Positions 61,642 through 64,000 of a DNA stretch of 64,000 nt are shown here, piece after piece. The stretch is taken from contig CAWJSK010000012.1 in NCBI GenBank assembly GCA_963845535.1, positions 96,001 through 160,000 of the forward strand, in the 5' to 3' direction. The notes beneath the pieces were generated by a model. It was given only the letters and a program-made list of their open reading frames with translations, had not been told where the DNA came from and ran no database searches. The translations under genes were made by a program, and so were the position numbers. Numbering within the stretch: the stretch's first letter is position 1; the number at the start of each line of letters is the position of its first letter. The stretch is from an uncultured Spirochaetota bacterium. GTDB taxonomy: Bacteria; Spirochaetota; Spirochaetia; SZUA-6; Fen-1364.

Positions 61642-62321
61642 AAACGGTGAAGATAGCTCCCTCGCTGATGTGCGCGGACTTCATCTCCCTGGGGCCGGAG
61701 CTGGACATCATGAGGTCCGCGGGCATCGACTACCTCCACATCGACATCATGGACGGCCGCTACGTGCCCAACTTCACACTCGGTCCCGACTTCTGCAAAG
61801 GGTTGGCGGCGTATTCCCCCATCCCGCTGGACGTCCACCTCATGATCGAAGACCCGGACGCGCACGTGCAGAAGTTCGCCTCTTTCCCCGGGGCGGTGGT
61901 CTCCTTCCATCCCGAGACCTCGCGCCACCCCTTGCGGACCATCGACCTGATCAAAAGCTACGGCGCACGGGCGGGGATTGCCGTGGATCCGGCCATGCCT
62001 GCCTCCCAGGTGAAGGAGATGCTGCCGCGCGTGAGCCTGGTCTGCGTGATGACCGTCAACCCGGGATACGCGGGACAGAAGCTCATCCCGGAAATGCTCG
62101 ACAAGATCCGCCAGATTGCCGGCATGGCCTCCGCGCTGGATCACCCCATCGAGATCGAGGTGGACGGAAACGTGAGCTGGGAGAATATCCCGCGGATGAT
62201 CGATGCGGGAGGGAACGTGCTCGTGGCTGGCACCTCCTCCCTGTACGACGGCAAGGCCGGCCTGGCGCAGAACATCGAGAAGATGCGCGTCCTTGTCAGC
62301 GCTGGAGCTTCTCCACGATGA
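61632..62321 (+). CDS. Ribulose-phosphate 3-epimerase family protein (Rpe/AlsE-like)
   Basis: APSLMCAD, HIDIMDG, DVHLM, MTVNPGYAGQ, EVDGN, VAGTSS. Confidence 0.9.
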   Translation: MVVKTVKIAPSLMCADFISLGPELDIMRSAGIDYLHIDIMDGRYVPNFTLGPDFCKGLAAYSPIPLDVHLMIEDPDAHVQKFASFPGAVVSFHPETSRHPLRTIDLIKSYGARAGIAVDPAMPASQVKEMLPRVSLVCVMTVNPGYAGQKLIPEMLDKIRQIAGMASALDHPIEIEVDGNVSWENIPRMIDAGGNVLVAGTSSLYDGKAGLAQNIEKMRVLVSAGASPR

Positions 62322-62721
62322 CCGATGAGGGCCCCTTCCCCCTCCCGTTGCCGCTCACGCGGGAAAGCAAGCCGAACGAACCAACGAAAAAAACGATGGC
62401 GCCGGCGGCCCCCATGGGTTGCGTCGCGCCCGGGGCGCGCAGCGCCGCCGCCAGGAGCGCCCCCGCCCCATAGCCTGCAAAGAGGAAGGCGAACGGGACG
62501 AGGAAGAGCAGGAGCGCGGCGGCAAGGGGCGAAGGACTTCGGGTCTGGACGCGTACTTTGTCTCCCACTGATACGCCGAGCCGGTCGACGGCGCGCGCAA
62601 GCATATGGTCGCCTGCTTCCGAGAGAGTGCAGAGCGTGCATCCCTCGCACGCCGCCGAACGATCTATCCGTACCAGAGCCACGCCGTCGGCGCGCTCGAT
62701 GACCGTGCCTCTTTCCTCCAT
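62296..62721 (-). CDS. rseC: RseC/MucC family membrane protein
   Basis: MEERGTV..RSAACEGCTLC, GDKV, two C-terminal TM segments. Confidence 0.8.
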   Translation of the reverse strand: MEERGTVIERADGVALVRIDRSAACEGCTLCTLSEAGDHMLARAVDRLGVSVGDKVRVQTRSPSPLAAALLLFLVPFAFLFAGYGAGALLAAALRAPGATQPMGAAGAIVFFVGSFGLLSRVSGNGRGKGPSSVIVEKLQR

Positions 62722-62735
62722 AACCGGATGCGATA

Positions 62736-63257
62736 TCAGGCCGGAGTCTCGTTCACTTTCGAATCGAGCATGGTGTCACCGTCGAATATGAAAAAACCAT
62801 TGAAGCCTCTTCCTTCGAGAAGCATCGGCAGCCACAGAGAATCGTCAGCCCACATTCGGTCATACGGAATCCGTTCCAGAGGCGTCCAGACGGGGGCTGC
62901 CTCCCGGGTCTCGCACAGCTCGCCTTCAAAGCTGCTTGCGGTGAAAACGGTCCCGTGCAGCGAGTAGCCGTCCACGAACTGGAAGGAAAGCTCGCCGGCC
63001 TGGCGCACGCCGGTGGGCGTCACGCACAGCTCCTCCTGCACCTCGCGGATGGCGCCCTGGCGCGCCGTTTCGCCGGGTTCAATACGGCCGCCGGGGCCGT
63101 TGATCTTGCCGGCGCCGAGCCCCGTCTTCTTATGGATCAGCAGGATGTTGCCGTCACGAAGAACAAAAAGCAGCGTGGCCCGTTCCGTCGGAATCCACTC
63201 CCGCCAATCGATCTGGCTCACGCGCCGCGGTATGGACCTCATGCTCTCTTCGGTCAT
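62736..63257 (-). CDS. Nudix hydrolase, 8-oxo-dGTP diphosphatase (MTH1-like)
   Basis: KKTGLGAGKINGPGGRIEPGETARQGAIREVQEE Nudix box; IPYDRMWADD; upstream ORF extension looks non-coding. Confidence 0.88.
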   Translation of the reverse strand: MTEESMRSIPRRVSQIDWREWIPTERATLLFVLRDGNILLIHKKTGLGAGKINGPGGRIEPGETARQGAIREVQEELCVTPTGVRQAGELSFQFVDGYSLHGTVFTASSFEGELCETREAAPVWTPLERIPYDRMWADDSLWLPMLLEGRGFNGFFIFDGDTMLDSKVNETPA

Positions 63258-63328
63258 CGAATGAAAGGTACAACGGCGGGGGTCCTTGTTCAATTGTGCC
63301 GCCGCAAACGGCGTCCCCTCATTTCCCC

Positions 63329-63357
63329 TTGCATTCCCGGATGGCTGGACGTATAAT
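63329..63357 (+). promoter_or_regulatory. Orphan near-consensus sigma70 promoter
   Basis: TTGCAT, 17 bp, TATAAT in a GC-rich background; no credible plus-strand CDS follows. Confidence 0.65.
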
Positions 63358-63362
63358 TGCCC

Positions 63363-63480
63363 TGATGAATCCCATTCATCATTGAAGGGGATTGTGAGAA
63401 GCAGGGACCTCCCGACGGAGGATGAAGGGCTCTCGAAGAGAGTCAACCCTGACATGAGCCTCTCACATCCCCTTCCCCTT
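63363..63480 (+). ncRNA. Candidate structured small RNA of unknown family
   Basis: 5' hairpin plus a 15-bp closing stem enclosing a three-way junction, starting at the predicted transcription start. Confidence 0.45.
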
Positions 63481-63481
63481 T

Positions 63482-63509
63482 CCTGAAACATCGCCCCCTG
63501 AAACATCGC
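63482..63509 (+). repeat. Tandem direct repeat CCTGAAACATCGC x2
   Basis: Copies at 63482-63494 and 63497-63509, with a partial third (CCCTGAGAT). Confidence 0.7.
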
Positions 63510-63538
63510 TCCCCTGAGATTTGCCGCCGCCGCTTCCA

Positions 63539-64000
63539 TTACCGGAAGCCGAGCATCACCGGCACGATGCTGGGGGCGAAGATGCGCAACCCGAGGAGAG
63601 CCTGGATAACGGCGCAGCCGGCCGCGGCAAGCAGGAACAGGCTTCGGAGCACCACGTCGCGGAAGCCGCGGAGAACCAACCTCGACAGGAAAAACGAAGC
63701 GGCGCCCGCTCCCACTGCCGCAATTCCCAGGAGGGCGAGCCGCAGCGCCCCGTCAGAGGCTCCCCATCGCCGATATGCCTGCCAGCCGAGAAAAAACGCC
63801 AGCAGTATGGCGACGCCAAGAGCAAAGCCGGTCCGAACGCGCTCGGTTCCGTGCGCGGCGCTGAGAAGGACGGCCAGGACGACGAGCAGGTCGATGGACG
63901 GGACAGCCAGAGAGGCCAGCGGCGAAACAAGGGAGAAGCGGGGACCGTTCAGGAGAAGGTCGAAACAAACCATGCCGGCCAGCAGCCCGGGCGCTCGAAG
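63539..64000 (-). CDS. Hypothetical membrane protein, probably truncated by the window edge
   Basis: Several hydrophobic TM-like segments; ORF 63539-63973 likely begins outside the window. Confidence 0.55.
   Translation of the reverse strand, partial: LRAPGLLAGMVCFDLLLNGPRFSLVSPLASLAVPSIDLLVVLAVLLSAAHGTERVRTGFALGVAILLAFFLGWQAYRRWGASDGALRLALLGIAAVGAGAASFFLSRLVLRGFRDVVLRSLFLLAAAGCAVIQALLGLRIFAPSIVPVMLGFR

Noticed and set aside
63362..63390. Hammerhead-like CTGATGA core and a tiny ORF MNPIHH
   Set aside because: No correctly placed stem II plus GAAA; the peptide has no RBS or other support
63257..63539. N-terminal extension of the Nudix ORF to 63539
   Set aside because: The translation is not protein-like and crosses the promoter, structured element and tandem repeat; a start near 63257 fits the family length

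Overview
A GC-rich bacterial chromosomal segment, most likely from a free-living Spirochaetia (inferred from the AGGQKE-type N-terminus of a sugar-binding protein and the overall gene content). From left to right it holds: the end of a peptide-type ABC operon; an AraC regulator; an AEP-TOTE primase/SF2 helicase fusion; a decaying oxidoreductase cluster with an IS630 inserted in a flavodoxin-like gene; an ECF sigma/zinc anti-sigma pair with two DUF1684 genes and a DUF427 gene; a YesM/YesN-type two-component system with a sugar ABC transporter and GH36 alpha-galactosidase; a roughly 6 kb island carrying THREE fluoride (crcB-class) riboswitches; a hutU-ftcD-hutI operon with a Liv-type ABC importer but no hutH; envelope proteins; an ASKHA/RACo protein; nadE; radA; araA and a sugar-alcohol cluster; rseC; and a Nudix gene. 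The most notable signal is the fluoride island (26572-32705), where riboswitches precede a TPR + histidine phosphatase pair, a tandem MutS-domain-V ATPase pair (the first with an extra N-terminal domain) and an enolase, with no fluoride exporter in the window. Also notable are an orphan consensus promoter followed by a structured RNA candidate (63329-63480) and a hidden, multiply frameshifted beta-barrel gene (about 55960-56704). Several single-base frameshifts may be assembly errors. All calls come from motif recognition by eye; no database searches were run.
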